Shown: positions 38,546 to 53,042, numbered from the whole stretch's first letter. The stretch: 63,861 bases of DNA, filler included, from Reticulomyxa filosa (GCA_000512085.1; 18 parts of 18 records of this genome joined end to end with filler, not necessarily neighbours in it); one strand, 5' to 3'. Numbers and translations are program-made. The notes: generated from the letters alone by a model not told the origin.

Positions 38546-38657
38546 TTTTTTTTTTTTNNNNNNNNNNNNNNNNNNNNNNNNNNNNNNNNNNNNNNNNNNN
38601 NTTAATTAATTAANNNNNNNNNNNNNNNNNNNNNNNNNNNNNNNNNNNNNNNNNNNN

Positions 38658-39150
38658 CCATTAGATGAAAATTCCATAACAAGAAGAACAAAATTTGGTA
38701 GTAGAAGCATTTTAGTCTTGTCATGTTTTGGAGCATTATGAATTACGCTTGCAAGGTGGAAGGTGGAGTAAATACTAATATATAACGAAGTTTTATCTGA
38801 CAAAATCTAAAGAGAGTCAATTGCTGCTTAAAAAATAAAGAGAATTTGCTTTCAGCAAGATAATGCAACATGCCATAAATCAGAAAAAATTATGAAATAG
38901 TTAAAACAAAAAAAAATGAAAACAATGAATTACTGCAAATTTACCTGATTTAAATCAAATTGAAAATCTTTGGTGGATAGTAAAGACAATGATTCACAAA
39001 AAAGGACCATTTAATACAAATGAAGAAATTTGTAACTAATTCGAAACAGAATGTGAAAAAATGTAAACAAATATTTGTGAAACCTTAATAAATTTGATTA
39101 TAAAGAAAATACAAGCAGTTAAAAAAGCTAAAGTAGATAATACGTCGGTA
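38658..39150 (+). mobile_element. Degenerate Tc1/mariner-IS630 DDE transposase remnant
   Basis: Fragments TKFGSRSILVLSCFG, FQQDNATCHKS, ANLPDLNQIENLWWIVK and KIQAVKKAK match the Tc1 motifs KHGGGSVMVWGCF, FQQDNAPxH and SPDLNPIENLW. There are many stops and frameshifts. Confidence 0.85.
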
Positions 39151-39710
39151 AACTTGAATTAAATTTTAAAAAACAAATCTTATCATAATCAGGCAAACAC
39201 AAAAAATTTTTTTAAAGTAAATGAAAGATTAAAATTTTTGAAAAAATTAGAAAGACTTAATAAAAAACCAAAATGATATTTAAAAACTACACGATTTGTA
39301 GATATTTTTTTTAAAAAAATTTTGATTAAACATAAATGTGTTAAATATCAAATTTTTCTCGTTGCCTTGCCATAGACATAATTAACATTTTGGAATAAGT
39401 CATGTAATAATCAAGAAACAATCCAATATACTTTATATAATCACATTCCTTTAATTTTGTTGCTGCATGTCAATTGTATCTTTGGGAATTTCTTCTGTCA
39501 TATGCTGCATAAATGTCCAATAATACTGCACATGTGACTGAATTGTGATCAAAAGACTTTTGGATCGTCTCAGTCAATCGCAATAACAATTCATATGTTA
39601 TGCCACGATCGGAGTCCTGCTTGTGTTTGATGCGACAACTACCTTTCGTTCAATCACCGCATTAATCTCCTTGTAATGATCCTTTCAATCAATTTAACAA
39701 TGTGATAGAC

Positions 39711-40145
39711 CTATAATTCTTGCAATACTATTATCTCTGTCAGGCTTGTGAATATGCATAATGTTTGATTTTTCCAAGCAATAGTCATATATCCCATTCG
39801 GAAACTCCATCCAAATAGGAATACCAATGATTCAATCATTGCATTGCCACCATTCTTTAACATTTGATTGTGGACTTGAGCTTTGTATGAAGACAAGTGT
39901 CTCAAAGTTTCAATAACTTCCCCCTTTGTTATATCACTTTGATGAACATCAAAAGACCAAATACAATTTTCATCCAATTCTAATTGTTTGGATATCGCCA
40001 CTTTACATTTAATTTCGTTTTCAGTTATCTCATAATACCCAAATCTTTGGATGTTGATGTGGCTATGCAAATGTTTTTGCCAACATATACGCTTAATCAG
40101 CATCTGATCTTGCCACTGAATTAGTCTCCTTATTGATTTATCCAT
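39711..40145 (-). CDS. Hypothetical protein or gene remnant
   Basis: 144-aa ATG ORF; no recognisable motif. Confidence 0.25.
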   Translation of the reverse strand: MDKSIRRLIQWQDQMLIKRICWQKHLHSHINIQRFGYYEITENEIKCKVAISKQLELDENCIWSFDVHQSDITKGEVIETLRHLSSYKAQVHNQMLKNGGNAMIESLVFLFGWSFRMGYMTIAWKNQTLCIFTSLTEIIVLQEL

Positions 40146-40627
40146 GTAGTGATCACAAAAATATTACGAATTTATGATGAAGCAAAAAAAATTGAAAAAA
40201 ATTTTTGTTTATCTAAATATGATATAACTTGGTCTTCAGCTATTTTGAAAATCGCAGTTCTATCGAATATTTGAAGCAATTAGAAAAATTGTATATTTGA
40301 AGATTTTCCACAATGAATTGTTTTTTCATCCTAATTTGTTTTATTTTTCACAACACTTGAAACAAAAATCACACTTCGTTTACTTCGTTTCTGGGCCAAA
40401 GATGATGAAATGTAAGTAGATCAAGCACAGATTAAGAATTATTAGCTGCAAGCAAGAGTACCACTATTTACAATACAGAACAAATATTACAAAAAGTTGT
40501 TAAGAGACAATTCAAATATGTCCATCTTGATCACATTCTGTTTGAAAATATTGGTCAGGCAAGATGTCTGTACAAAACACTGAGAAACAAAGAAAAAACA
40601 AAGCCAAAAGAAAAAAAATAATCGCTA

Positions 40628-43600
40628 TTATTTTTGGTTTGCACGTAATTTGGACGAAAGTGATTTAATGTTGTCACGAAGAGTTTGTATTGTTTCAGCA
40701 GTTGTCTGGACTATCAATAATTTATCTGCACGCATTGCAAGCACTTGATTTTTAAGAGCTTCTCTATCGTTTAACAACTCATGTTGCATTTGTTCTCCGA
40801 GTGTATTTTCTTCACTAATTTTAGTGAGTTGAGACAAAAGATCATGTTTTTCTTTCTCCAAAGCATCGGTTCTGTCCTGGAATTGAGAAATACGTGCATG
40901 CAAATTTCTGACATCTTCTTTGTACTTTTCAACGATTGCCTCATGTTGCATTTTAGATTGCTCAAGAGTATTGGAAACATTATCGTGCAGCTCATATATT
41001 GACTGTGCACGCACTTTTTTGCCTTCATGAGATCTTTGAAACTGTGATAATTGGCGATTGAGATCGTCCAGTTGCGCTTTATATTGATTGTTTTCTCTAA
41101 ATAATATATTATTTTATTGTATTATATTTTAATTCTTAACAAAAAAGAATAAAATGAGACAAAACTCTTCAATGGAATGCAGTCGTTCGGCTTCTTCTTT
41201 CCATTTAATCAAAGACATGATAGAATTTTCACGTTCCCTGATTTGAATTTTTTGTTTTTGTAACTCTTCTTTGTATGCTTTCGCTTTCTTTTTCCAGCCA
41301 ATGTACAGTTCATTTTTCATCAAATTTTCTTCATTTTTATAAAATTCCATACGCTCTTCTGCCCACGTGTTTTCATTCCTCAAGTCGACTTGGTTTTCTT
41401 GTTCGTTATCGTCGTTTTCATGACTTTCGAGAATGTGTTGGTCTTGTAATCCTTTTGTACCGAGTTCATTTTTTAGTTGTTTTAATTGTGTTTCCAGTTG
41501 CCACACAGATTTTCTGGATGTTTCTTGGATCTTTTCTTTTTCGTGCCTTTCGTCGGCCAAGTCCAATTCCAATTTGTCTATTCTTGCCTTTAATTCTTCT
41601 TCTTTGTCAATGACTTCAGATGATTTATAAACTTCTTCGAGAGAATCTTGACTTCGATTATCGAAGCTTCCTAATTTTTTTTGTGGTTGTAAAGATAGCT
41701 GCAATAAATTGAACATGATTCAAAAGAAAGACCTGATCGCTGTTTTTTTGTTTCTTCAGAGAGTTCCTTTAATTGTGCTTGTAAATGTAGTGACTCTCTT
41801 CGAATCCTTTCTTTTTCATGTTCTGTTTTTTTCAATCGGTCCTTTAATTCGGATACTTGTTTTTGCAATTCATCGTGGTAATTACTGTCAAGATCGACTT
41901 CAGTTAACCAGCGTGGCAAGTCATTGACCAGTTGACCGAATGTCATTAGCTCCCCGCTATCCAAATGACGTTCCACAATGTAAGAAACGAAAGGCTGTAG
42001 TCTCTCGCCGTATTGATCGCGTTGAGGCGTGGCTGAGCTCATGTCTTGTGCACGAATCGCTAGAGCCAAGAAGGAAAAGAGTATATTGAATATCTGGCCA
42101 GAAGGACGCATTCCCTTTGGAGAAGAATAGCGATTGTATATTTTCTCTTTGTGTGCATCAGGCAAGGCGCGAATGAAATCCGACAATAATTGAACGCGTA
42201 CCATTGGATTCTCGGATAATACGTCATTATGGTGATTGTGCTGGAGCTATTCAACAGCACCAAACATACCATTTTATTTGACACAACACAGAAAAGAACC
42301 AATGAACAGACAAAGAATGACAAAGGATTAGACTTTGTTTTTCAATGTCTGGTTTTCGTAATTGTAATGTTTGAACTTGGTCTTGCAGGTCCTCCAGACG
42401 AGACGCAGTCCCGTTTTGTGGTGACATAACAGAGGACTCCGTGTGCGGAGTAATGCTCTCTGTTGTGTCTGGTGGGGGATAGGACGGCGGTGGCGGCACC
42501 TCCTCCCTTTCTTGCTCTTCGTCGAACTCTTTGCTTTTGTCTTGTGACACAGGACGCAATGGTTTTCGAAAGGCGGGAGAAGTCGTCGAACTGCCAGTAT
42601 ATTGAAGAAGCTTATTCACGTGAACTTGATTGGCAACAGATAGGCGACGAGTCAAAGTGCTGCTGCGAACTCTTTCCGTCTCCACCTGCTCTTGCAATTC
42701 TACCTTTTTCTTTATTATTTCTTCGCTCTCTTTTCGCAATTGCAGATTTTCTTTTTCTAATGCTTCAATCCGTTCCAGCAATTGATTGTTGGTTAACGGC
42801 TCTTCTGTATGGACAAATGTAACGTCCCCATTTGAGTTTGATCGGATTATCATTTGCAATTCGCGTACTTTTGTTTTCAACTGTGTCGTTTATTTATGAG
42901 AACAAAGAACGCAATGCTAATTGATATGTACATATATACATACATATGTACATATGTATATACATATGTATATACATATGTATATGCACAGACATATACA
43001 GAACTTGATTGTTTTCAAGTTCGACTTGTTCCCTTTTGTTTTTTCTTCTTTGAGCTGAAGTTCCAATTGGCCAAGGTGATCGTTTGATAAAGTATCAAAT
43101 GCAAAGTCAAAAACATCACTGGTTTGAAGTATATCAATCCCCAGTTGTGAGGCACGACGTTGAAGTTGTTGAACGGATTCTTCGACGCCTTTTCTTTTCG
43201 TGCGCTCTTCTTCCAATTTTGCATGCAACTTTTCGACATCTTCGGACATCTTTATCATCACGTGTCGTATTATTGCTATTGAAGAATGAAAATAAAACAA
43301 CGCTCATGTTTGTATGTGTTGCAAAACTGTAGGAGTCACGGATAATCGTCTGACGAGAGCAATATTTTCCATTTTTTCATCGGCCAATTGAAATTGCAAT
43401 TTTTTTTTTTCGTCGACAATGGAGGCATTTTGCTTTTCGATGTCCATTGTTTTTAGTTTCTCTTCCGCTAATTGATATTGCAATCTCTTTGCTTCTTCTT
43501 CCAACTTTATAAAATAAATAATGTATTTGTATTTGTATTTGTATTTATATTCATAAAAAAAAAGATCCCTTCAGTCAATGTGATCTCAACTGAATGCTTT

Positions 43601-45606
43601 TGCTTTTCCAATTCACTTTTGGAAGTCCTCTCTCGATTCAATTCCTCATGGACTGGCGTGCCAACACTTTCTTGAGTGGAACGCCGCTTTGTCAACTCGA
43701 TATTTTGCAATTTTTCCTCGGCCAAATCGTATTGCAGTTTTTTGGACTCGTCTTCTAACTGCATTTGTGTGTTAATATGATTAAACGTGTGAACAGTAAA
43801 AATTATTGAATAGTGAGACAAGAATAAGAAACTTGGGAATGCTTTCTTTGGAGTTGTAAATTTTCCATTTTCTCTTCAGCTAATTGATATTGCAATCGTT
43901 TCAACTCGTCTTTCAAAATACCCGATTCCGTGGAATCTCTTGGAAGCACAGGTGATTGGTCTACTGTTAAAGATAGTCTTCGATTTAAATCGACGTTTTG
44001 GAATTTTTCTTCGGCCAATTCGTACTGTAATCGTTGTATTTCTTGTCGTAGTGAGTCATCGACAATCGCTGCCATGCCTGTTTCCGAAGACATTTTTCGT
44101 TCCATTTGTATTTTTTCAGTTCGCTCTTCCTGCAATTCGTTTTGCACTCGTTCAAGTTCTTCTTTCAACTTTGATAAAAGCCATTTATTAATGAGTCCGT
44201 TATTGTAATATGTATATATGTGTATGTGCAACATATTCCATGGATTACATATAATAATGACATGTTAATATACAATTGTAACTTTATCTCTTTCAGCAGC
44301 CAATTTTATTCTTTCCAATCGTTCATCGGCCAATGCAAATTGAATACGCTTTTGAGTTAAGTCTTGTTCAAATTGCTGCAGTTTTTCTTCGGCCAATTGA
44401 TATTGCAAGATCTTGGCCTCTTCCTCTTTTCTCAATCTCGCCATTTTTTCCTCGGCGAGTTCATATTGCAAGACTTTGGCTTCGTCCATTTTTTGATTTT
44501 TTCCAAAGTCTCATCGGCGAGCTTGTATTCACTTTTTTTTTTTCGTGTTCCAATTGCATCCGCTCATATTGTTCCTCTGCCAATGCAAATTGCATTTGCT
44601 TCATGGGCGTTGTTTGTCTCTCGTGTTGGATTTTGCTCTTTGCATTGTTATTTTCATTTTCCTCATTGTTATCAATGTCATTATCATTATCATTGTCATT
44701 GCCATTGGCTCCCGGGACGGTCAATGAGTCTATTCTCTTCCCACTATTCGTTAATTCGTTCTGTAATTCGGAGTCGTGGAATACCATCGATCCAATGTTC
44801 ACGCTCTTTTGTTTGTGTTCACATTCACATGTGTGTTCATCATCGTTGTCATTATCTGTTGATATGTTGGTCAAATGCATTCTTCCCTCTGTCAACTCAA
44901 CTGTTTTGGAAACTATGTGTCGTAATTTTTTCAAGTTGAATTGATCTTTCCACAAAAAGTATTCCATTGGAGTTATGTAGCCATACTTTTTCGTGTCGAT
45001 TTCGTTAAAAACCTCTTCGATTATTTCTTCGCTCACTCCTTTTTTTCCCCAAAAAAAGAAATGTATATACACATATATACATATATGTGTCTATATATGT
45101 GCATATACTTCTGTTCTTACAATGTATCCTATTTCGCTCTGCACAGTCCTCATTGGAGAGAGAGAGAGAAAAAAACAAAGACAAACCAAAGTTTGCAAAA
45201 TAAGCTTTCAAATCAGATTTTTCAATTTTACTGCGTCCATTTTTATCTAGTTCTTTCATATCAATTTCTTTCAATTGCCTCAATAGCCACCGTTCACCTT
45301 TCATTTTGTGTTCATTTGCTTACATTTCAAACCAAGAAAAAAAGAAAGAAAAAAGATTGATACCACGACAGATGCTGGTCGAACAAATTGACTATCGTAC
45401 CGATGCTTTTGTTCGACAAATCGATGAAATGCAACAATTGTTATTTTGCCATCGTTGTCATTGTCAATACATGTAAATATTTTTTTTGCTAATGTTGCAT
45501 TCATTATCGTTTGCAATGCGTTGCAAAATTTTTCTTCATTCAATTCACTCGTATTTTCTTCGTTTTCGAATCTATTATCGTCACTACTGTTATTTCCGAA
45601 TTCCAT
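40628..45606 (-). CDS. Large multi-exon EF-hand plus coiled-coil protein (probably a single gene)
   Basis: EF-hand-like loops DNDNDGKITI, DKNGRSKIEK and DTKKYGYITPME, followed by a chain of same-strand coiled-coil exons with recurring LQYxLAEEK. Frameshift in the T-run at 44533-44543. Confidence 0.75.
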
Positions 45607-46327
45607 TATTTTCAGATTATTCCATCTCTTTTTTATATTCCCAATAAGTGTACAAGTGCATAAATTGTTATCTTTTTATTACCACAAATGCCAAGAGAAA
45701 AAAAAGGTACCGTTTTCAGAATTTCTGCTGTTTTTTTCTTGAACTCTTCTGTTAAGATTTTTTATTTGGAATTTATATTCAAATATTTTTGATATTATTT
45801 CAATTGTTAATTTCTCCTGAAACGGGCAAGGGAAGTAAGATTTTTTTTTAAGAAAATGAAAAACAACTTCAACCAATGTCTTCATCAAACAGTGCCGATA
45901 GGTCTTGTTGAAGTTCGTTCTGTTCCATCATCCACAACACAGCGATTCAAGTGTCTACAAAAATATTTCAAATTACAAAAAACAAAACTGATAGATGGAT
46001 TTCCTCTGTCATTTTTATAAAGTGTGGTTATATCGATCCACAATCCAAAATCCCTTTCCAAAAAAATTCAGTCAAACTCTTCATCGCTGGTTTTTGATTT
46101 GAAAAACCAAAGCTAAAATCTGGTATCTTGAATAAAAGAAAAGTATTAGCAATATATTTAGACTTTTAAAAAGATTTGAACAATTCAAAAGTGCTTCACA
46201 CGAAGCAAGATTTTTAGGTACTTTGTCATCTCCCAGAGTAGATATGAAAAAAAAGTGTGATGGGGCTCTTTAAAGCAAATTAGATTTGCTGGTGTACTTT
46301 AATTAAACAAGAAAAATACGTAATGTT

Positions 46328-47200
46328 TTAAGTTTGTTTGTCAATTTGTTGGTAATCATTTTCTTGATAATTTTGATACGAGTCAGCAGTCTTGGCAGGA
46401 TTCAATGGCTCGGTCGCAGCAAAACTTCCTCCTCTTGTTTTTTCGCCATGCATCAATGGAACTCGGCCGACACCAAACCATACAAACAAATAATTGGATA
46501 TATCCAATTGTAATACTGGCTGTTCGTTCTCTTCACCTTTCCATAATTTTAACAACGCCATTAACAAATACAAGAAGCCAAGCCACATAATTCCCCAAAG
46601 GCCAACGAACACCTTTCATGGATACCATTTTTTTTTTTGTGATTATTGCTAGGTTTTTCGAGTTTTTTGAATTTTTTTTAAAAAGTGATGTCACCCAACT
46701 CCCCAATTTGCAGAGTATCCGATTATCCCAAACAAATGCCAAAATATAATGAAAAAAAAGCATCGCATCCAACTTCCGGTGATAATGTTCCATTTAAATC
46801 CTTCAAAGTTTTGGCAAAAGGCAAGAAATGCAAATGCAAATGGTGTCCACACATTCACGAATATGTCTGGCGCCAATGAAAATACTGAACGCCAATACTC
46901 TGCATTAATATCCTTTTCTATAAACGTGTTTTTTGTTGCACTTTTTTTCTCCCACTCTTTGTCATTCAGCACAGAAAGAGATTCACTTACTAAGGCCATC
47001 ACTGGTCAACCACGCCAAATTTCTTCCAACACATTTGTAACCGTCCCCGCCATCTCCTTGGCAACTCGCAACTTCAAACTGAATGTTCAAATGCACAAAC
47101 GAACCTATAATCGACAAAAATGAAAAAATAAAATAAGACCATCGTGCTATTAGTTTTAACCCATGAAAAGGCTCATTTTGTAAAGATTGCATCGTCACGA
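46328..47200 (-). pseudogene. Possible frameshifted remnant of an unknown membrane protein gene
   Basis: Overlapping short Trp-rich hydrophobic ORFs in shifting frames. Confidence 0.25.
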
Positions 47201-48089
47201 TTCAAAAGGAACCAAATTATAACTAAACTTACCAACTCAAAAAAAAACTGTGGATCATCATATGGGCCGCCTTTTGAAAGCGTGAACATTCGTTGGCTTA
47301 AAAATACAAGTTGCAATTATACGCGGAAAGGAAATTAAAGTATTGCATATTTGCTCAATACAACAAGTAGAATAGTGCTTTGTAAGGAAAGTGAACATAT
47401 CCAAAAAATGACATTTAAACAGGATGATCCAAAAATTGTTGACGCTTTTTTTTGTTAAAGAACAAAGACAAAAAGTTCGGTTGAGATAGCCCCAAGGTTC
47501 ATTAGCTCGCGTAAACATAAGAATAATGAAACATTCCTTCAATGAAAATTGGATATTGTAAACATCGTTGAAAGTATTTCTATTATTGGCAGCAAAACTT
47601 TGATTTGCTCTATGTGCTAACAGATTTTGCGTTCTAGTGCTCGATTTTTGGCGTTCATTAAATTGTACTTTGCACTCAGCTTTAAAGATTAAAAAAAAAG
47701 AGTGTAGGCAACATTTGATTGTGGATTTTGCTTCTTGAAAATCAAAGTTTTAAATTTTTGATGCACTCTTTGACATTGACAATATACATTCTAAGTCATT
47801 GGCAGCCTTTTATAAGAATTGGCTCCGACTCAAATCTATTGTTCAAAGCGATACGTTCAACCCCTAAAAATTATCAAAGACCAACATTTCAGGTTTAAAA
47901 AATGAATGCAACAATAATCAGCCAATAAAATCAATACATAGATGTTCAATTCATTTGGAATTTGAGAACTAAGTAGTTTTTAACTTTACTGCCAAACTTT
48001 CAGTTTGTAAAAAAACGTAAAGGGTCTTGTTGGGTCTAACTTTTTTGTTATTTTTTCCCTGTTAGGATAACAATATAATTCTCTGTACA

Positions 48090-50787
48090 ATGCTTGATGA
48101 AAAAGAAGAAAAATCAGAAGACGTAAAGCTCATCGTGACCTCTGTTGAACCAATAAAAGAAGAAAAGCGTCCGGAAGAAACGCATAGCGACATAGCAACC
48201 ATTCTTCATCCTGATTATGAATTAACTCGGGTTGATTATTTATTAAATGTCTCTCTTTCACATTTGAGTATATAAGATTCAATTTCTTGACTGGCATCAC
48301 AGGGAGAAGACGAGCCGTGGTGCACGCTAAATTGGAAAAAGATCCCTGCTCATATCCTTTGGATTTTTTACGTCAAAGAATGGCTACCGACGTATAAACG
48401 CGAGTGGCTGAAATCGGATATTAAAGCCGGATTAACAGTTGTTGGCATGGCGATCCCACAGGCCATAGGTAAAATTTACCCCTCCTTTCAATATGTATGC
48501 GTATCTAACCACACAGTATCCTATTTTTTTACTTCGGAATGTAAATAAAAACAGCATACACTGGTGTCATTGGTGTGAGTCCGGTCCTGGGATTGTATAC
48601 AGCATGCATAGGGCTATCATTGTACCCACTCTTTGGTACTGCTCGTCATTTAACAATTGGTTGTAGCTCTTTGACTACTATTTTAACAGCCGCAATTTTG
48701 ACTGATTTTACTCCTATTAACAATCCCAATAATCCGCAGGAAGAATACGTAACGCAAGTCAAAACGTTGGCATTAATGGCTGGTTAGTGTTTTTTTGTTT
48801 TGAGTGGCCACATTTAAAATGTTGGCTTTTTTAAATGTGCGACTCACAAGCATCTTTCTTTTTGCACTTGCTTTGAAAATAGGTGTATTTTATACTGCGT
48901 TGGCAATGTTTGGTCTCGGATTTGTTGCGTCATTTTTGGCGTATCCAGTGCTGTTAGGATTCACTGGTGGCGCAGCGCTTCAAATTGCTTCGTCGCAAAT
49001 TCGCTATTGTTTTGCATTGGCAGGCCATGGTACAGATTTAATCGCAAACGTAAAGTTGCTAAAATATTTAGATGAGGCGAATTGGCGTGCATTTGCTTGT
49101 TGCATTTCAACTTTGTTTATTTTACTAACTTTTAAAACTATTCCAAAGAAATGGCCAGAGTGGAAATATTCTTCTAGAATGAAAACATTGCCGATGACCC
49201 TTGTCATGGTAATATTTTTCACTATTATCAACACGGGCGGGCATTTTTTGTACCATGAAAAAAATGGAAATTGGAACAAGCATTCCCATCGCTCACCTGA
49301 AATTGTTGGCGTGGTAGAATTAGGTTTTCCAAAAAGCATTGATATTGATACAGGATTAATATCAAAGTATCCAAATACTTTTTTATTACAAGCAGTGTCA
49401 ATGTGTGTCGTTGAATTTACCGCTTTTTACTCAGTTGCAGCAAGCTATGCGGTAAGATATGAGTATGACTTAATTCCAACAAGGGAGTTGTATTCCCACG
49501 GATTTGTGAACCTCATTGGCTCTCTTTTTGGGACCTATCCTGCCGGAGGAGTGATAGTTCATGCCCCTCTTGCAGGTTTGCTTTTGAAAATGAAGAAGCA
49601 TTTAAATTAAGAAAATTACCCTTTTTTTTTTTTTTTTTACTGATACATATAGAACAAGGCGGTGCGCGTACATTAGTTTATAATTGGGCTGCAGTTGTGG
49701 TTGTCATGGCCTTAATGATAATAATAAGCGGAGTCCCACGTTTAATATTTTGGTTGCCACGTAGTGTTTTAGCAGGAATTGTATGGAATGCGTGTATTGG
49801 CATGTTTCCTTATGAGAAGATGATGGAACTCTCAAAAATCGACACAAAAGACTCGTACATTGTGATCATTACTTTGTTATGTACCGCATTGTGGGGAATA
49901 TTCGAAGGCATCGAAGTAGGATTTGGATTATCGATCGTACTGTTGTTGCAAAGAACAAGTAAGCCTCATTGTTCAGTGATGGGAAGAGTTCCAAACTCTA
50001 TGATGTATGGAGGAATCACTACGTGGCCTGATGCGATTACGACAAATGGTATAATTATATTCCGAGTCGACGGATCTTTGTATTTTGGAAATTGCAATTA
50101 TTTAAAACGAGCAGTACAAGTCTTAGTTGACAGAAATCGCAGACATAACAAACGATTGCTTTATTTTATATTAGACTGTCACGCTATGAATGACTTGGAT
50201 AGTTCTGGTGTTCTTGCATTGGACACGGTCGCCAAATATTTGCATCAAAACCGCATTATATTGATGATGGCCGGACTAAAATACCCAGTGATGAAAGTAA
50301 TTAAGCGAAGCCATTTGGCGAATTTGATTGGAACAGAACACTTTTTCTTTAGTGATTTCCATGCTCATATGAGGATTTATGGGCGTATCCGCTTGTGTAA
50401 AGGTCTTCCGATCAATAGTGACGTTCCTTTTGATTATATTGACAAAAAAAACCACAACTTAATCAAGTTAGTACAATTTTTTCCTGTTTTTGTGAATTGA
50501 AAACACATTTTTTGTTTGTTTGAAATAGTTTCGATGGCTTGACCATTGATGATTTAGAAAAACCATTAACTGATAACGAGTATGCGCAACTTGTTGCATG
50601 GGATCCATACAGGTTCACTAGTACAGAACATCCATTAAATCTTGTGAAGAAAGGATTCGAATTAGAGCCTCCAATTGTTCGGGTCTCTTTGGCCTCAAGA
50701 GCAGAGCAAATTCCTTTAAAACTGGCAAAAAGAACACCTATCTCTGTTATGCCACATATTTCGGACGAAGGACTGCGAGTCGCCTAA
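48090..50787 (+). CDS. SLC26/SulP anion transporter with C-terminal STAS domain (about 6 exons)
   Basis: WLPTYKREWLKSDIKAGLTV...IPQAIAY...GLYT...YPLFGTARHLTIG, PVLLGFTGGAA, LPRSVLAGI, IFRVDGSLYFGN and ILDCHAMNDLDSSG. Confidence 0.95.
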
Positions 50788-53042
50788 TTCTGTGTTTTTG
50801 TGTGATATGTGTTTGAGTCTTGTCGTGTTGTGTCCAATTTTTAATTTTCGTTTTTTTGAAATGACATCGTTCAATGACCCCTCGTAACGTTTTTGCACGT
50901 GTTTTTATTGTAAGTATTCCTCTCAAAAAAGTTTCTACTAGAAAACTATCCACTTTTTTTAAAGAAAAGATAGTCAATTTTTTAATTTTTTTAGGCAGAT
51001 TTAGACAGTTGAAAATTCGACACAAGTTAGTCACAATTTTTTGTTTTTTCAAATTCACAAAAAAAAATTTAACATCATTCAAAACCAATGCAACTTTGCA
51101 AAAAAAAATTGTATTTGGCTTGTTGATTATTTGATTTTTGGATATGATATCTTCGGCTAGTATTAAATTCATTTTCTTTTAGTCTTGTATTTACATCGCT
51201 TTTGCAACAAACATTGCGTCGACGAAATTGTTAAAAATATTTAAAGTGTTTTTTAAAAATTTTTCATATACGACGGATGTTGCTGTATCTAGTTATTCCT
51301 GTCTTTAATCTCCTTCAAAATGTGGTTTTTCCTGCTGCTGAAAGAGGCGTGCAAACTGTAATACGAAAGGTTTTCGCTCTTTTGAGAAATTTAAAACAAA
51401 AGATTAATGATTTAAATAGAAGAGAAAATAAACAACAAGATTCAACAAGTGAAAGAGAAAAGACAAGTCGTGAAAGTGAGTAGTGTGTTTTTAGAATAAA
51501 GGGTTCCAAAGTTCACTTGTAGTGCGCGAATTACTTATTACGACATCATGAGTACTACAAAACGAAAATGCAAGAAACAATATGACGACCATAATATCAT
51601 ATAAACAAGCAAAATAGCAAACAAAAAAAACCACCTTGATGCTTACTAAGTCAAAATTGAAACTCAACAGCTTCAATCACCTTTTTTGATTACTATAAGT
51701 GTTTAAATTTATTTTTTTATTTTAGTTTTTTTGGAAAAAGTATATTTATATAAATATTTTAGTAGTTCAACAATTCGAAAATAAAAACTCAGAAGATTCA
51801 GTCGAGTATTATCAACGTAATAATAATAACCGTTCTCAGTGAATATACAATTTGTTTTCATAACAGTTTGTATGAACGTTGGTTGATACTGATTGTGATA
51901 CTAATAAGCTTAGTTCCAAAAACAAGTTTCAGAAAAAGAAAGTAAATTAATATCAATAATTACAACAAAACAAAGAAAATAAGCTGTATTTTTGATATTC
52001 CAAAAATAAATAAAAAAGGTAGAAGTGTGGAACAGACATAGTAACCAAGCAAATCACTCAAACGGAATATAGTACTAAAATTACAATGTATTAAAATAAT
52101 CAATAAAATATAACATTGATCCAAATTTCTCAACATGTGCTAAAGAAATTTGTTTAATGAATATCCAATTCAAAATAATTTAACTACTTTAGTTAATCGA
52201 TAATAATCAGTCATCAGAAGTCCTAAAGTACAATTAATTCATCCAAACATTAAAATATAATATTTAATCCATATTTCGATTGTCGGTGGTTTGTGACAAA
52301 AAACAAATGTCTTGTTGGTCGAGTCGTCGGGCTATGAAACCTTCGGCCTCCGCGCATTTTGAGGGTTTGTAGTTTTTTCTTGTATGTTGTCAAGGAGATG
52401 TATTTGGATATTTTGCCCCTTCAATGGATAGTATGCCTTTTTCCACTGTTTTTGGCTTTTGCTTGCCAATGATGATGGGTGTAGTTTTACATTTTTTTTA
52501 ACTTATTGAAAGTAGCAATTTTACTATCTTTTTTATAACATTGAGAACATATATTTGCTTAAAATAAATTTATCTATGTTATACAAATTTAGGAAATTGC
52601 AAGATGTTTATTGATTTTAGGCTTACACATAATGCCGTATTTGTTTAAAATGATGTATGTTTATCTTATAAGTCTTTCTTCAATTTTTGAACATAAAGAG
52701 CTTGTGTAATTTTTTGACCTTAACCCACAGTACACAAAAGTTCAGCAGCTAGGCAAATTTTTTACTGTTCACATTTCTACATAAAAATTGGATATAAACT
52801 TCCGAAAAATAAACAGAACAAACACGTTTTCACAAATTAAAAGGGGATGAAATGCCATTATGATTAATCAAAAAAACATTTAACAAGTTGGCCATGGCCG
52901 TGATAGGAATGAGGCCCAATAAACAAACCATTTTTTTTTGTAATAACAATGGCACTCCAAAAATGCACAGTAAAAATAGTTAGGAGAAAAAACATTTTGT
53001 TGATATTAACTTTTCTTCATTTTGTATCACATTATGCAACCT

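Noticed and set aside
42930-43000. TATATACATATG-type repeats as functional arrays
   Set aside because: These are simple (TA/CA) microsatellites found in many introns in this window, with no unique spacers.
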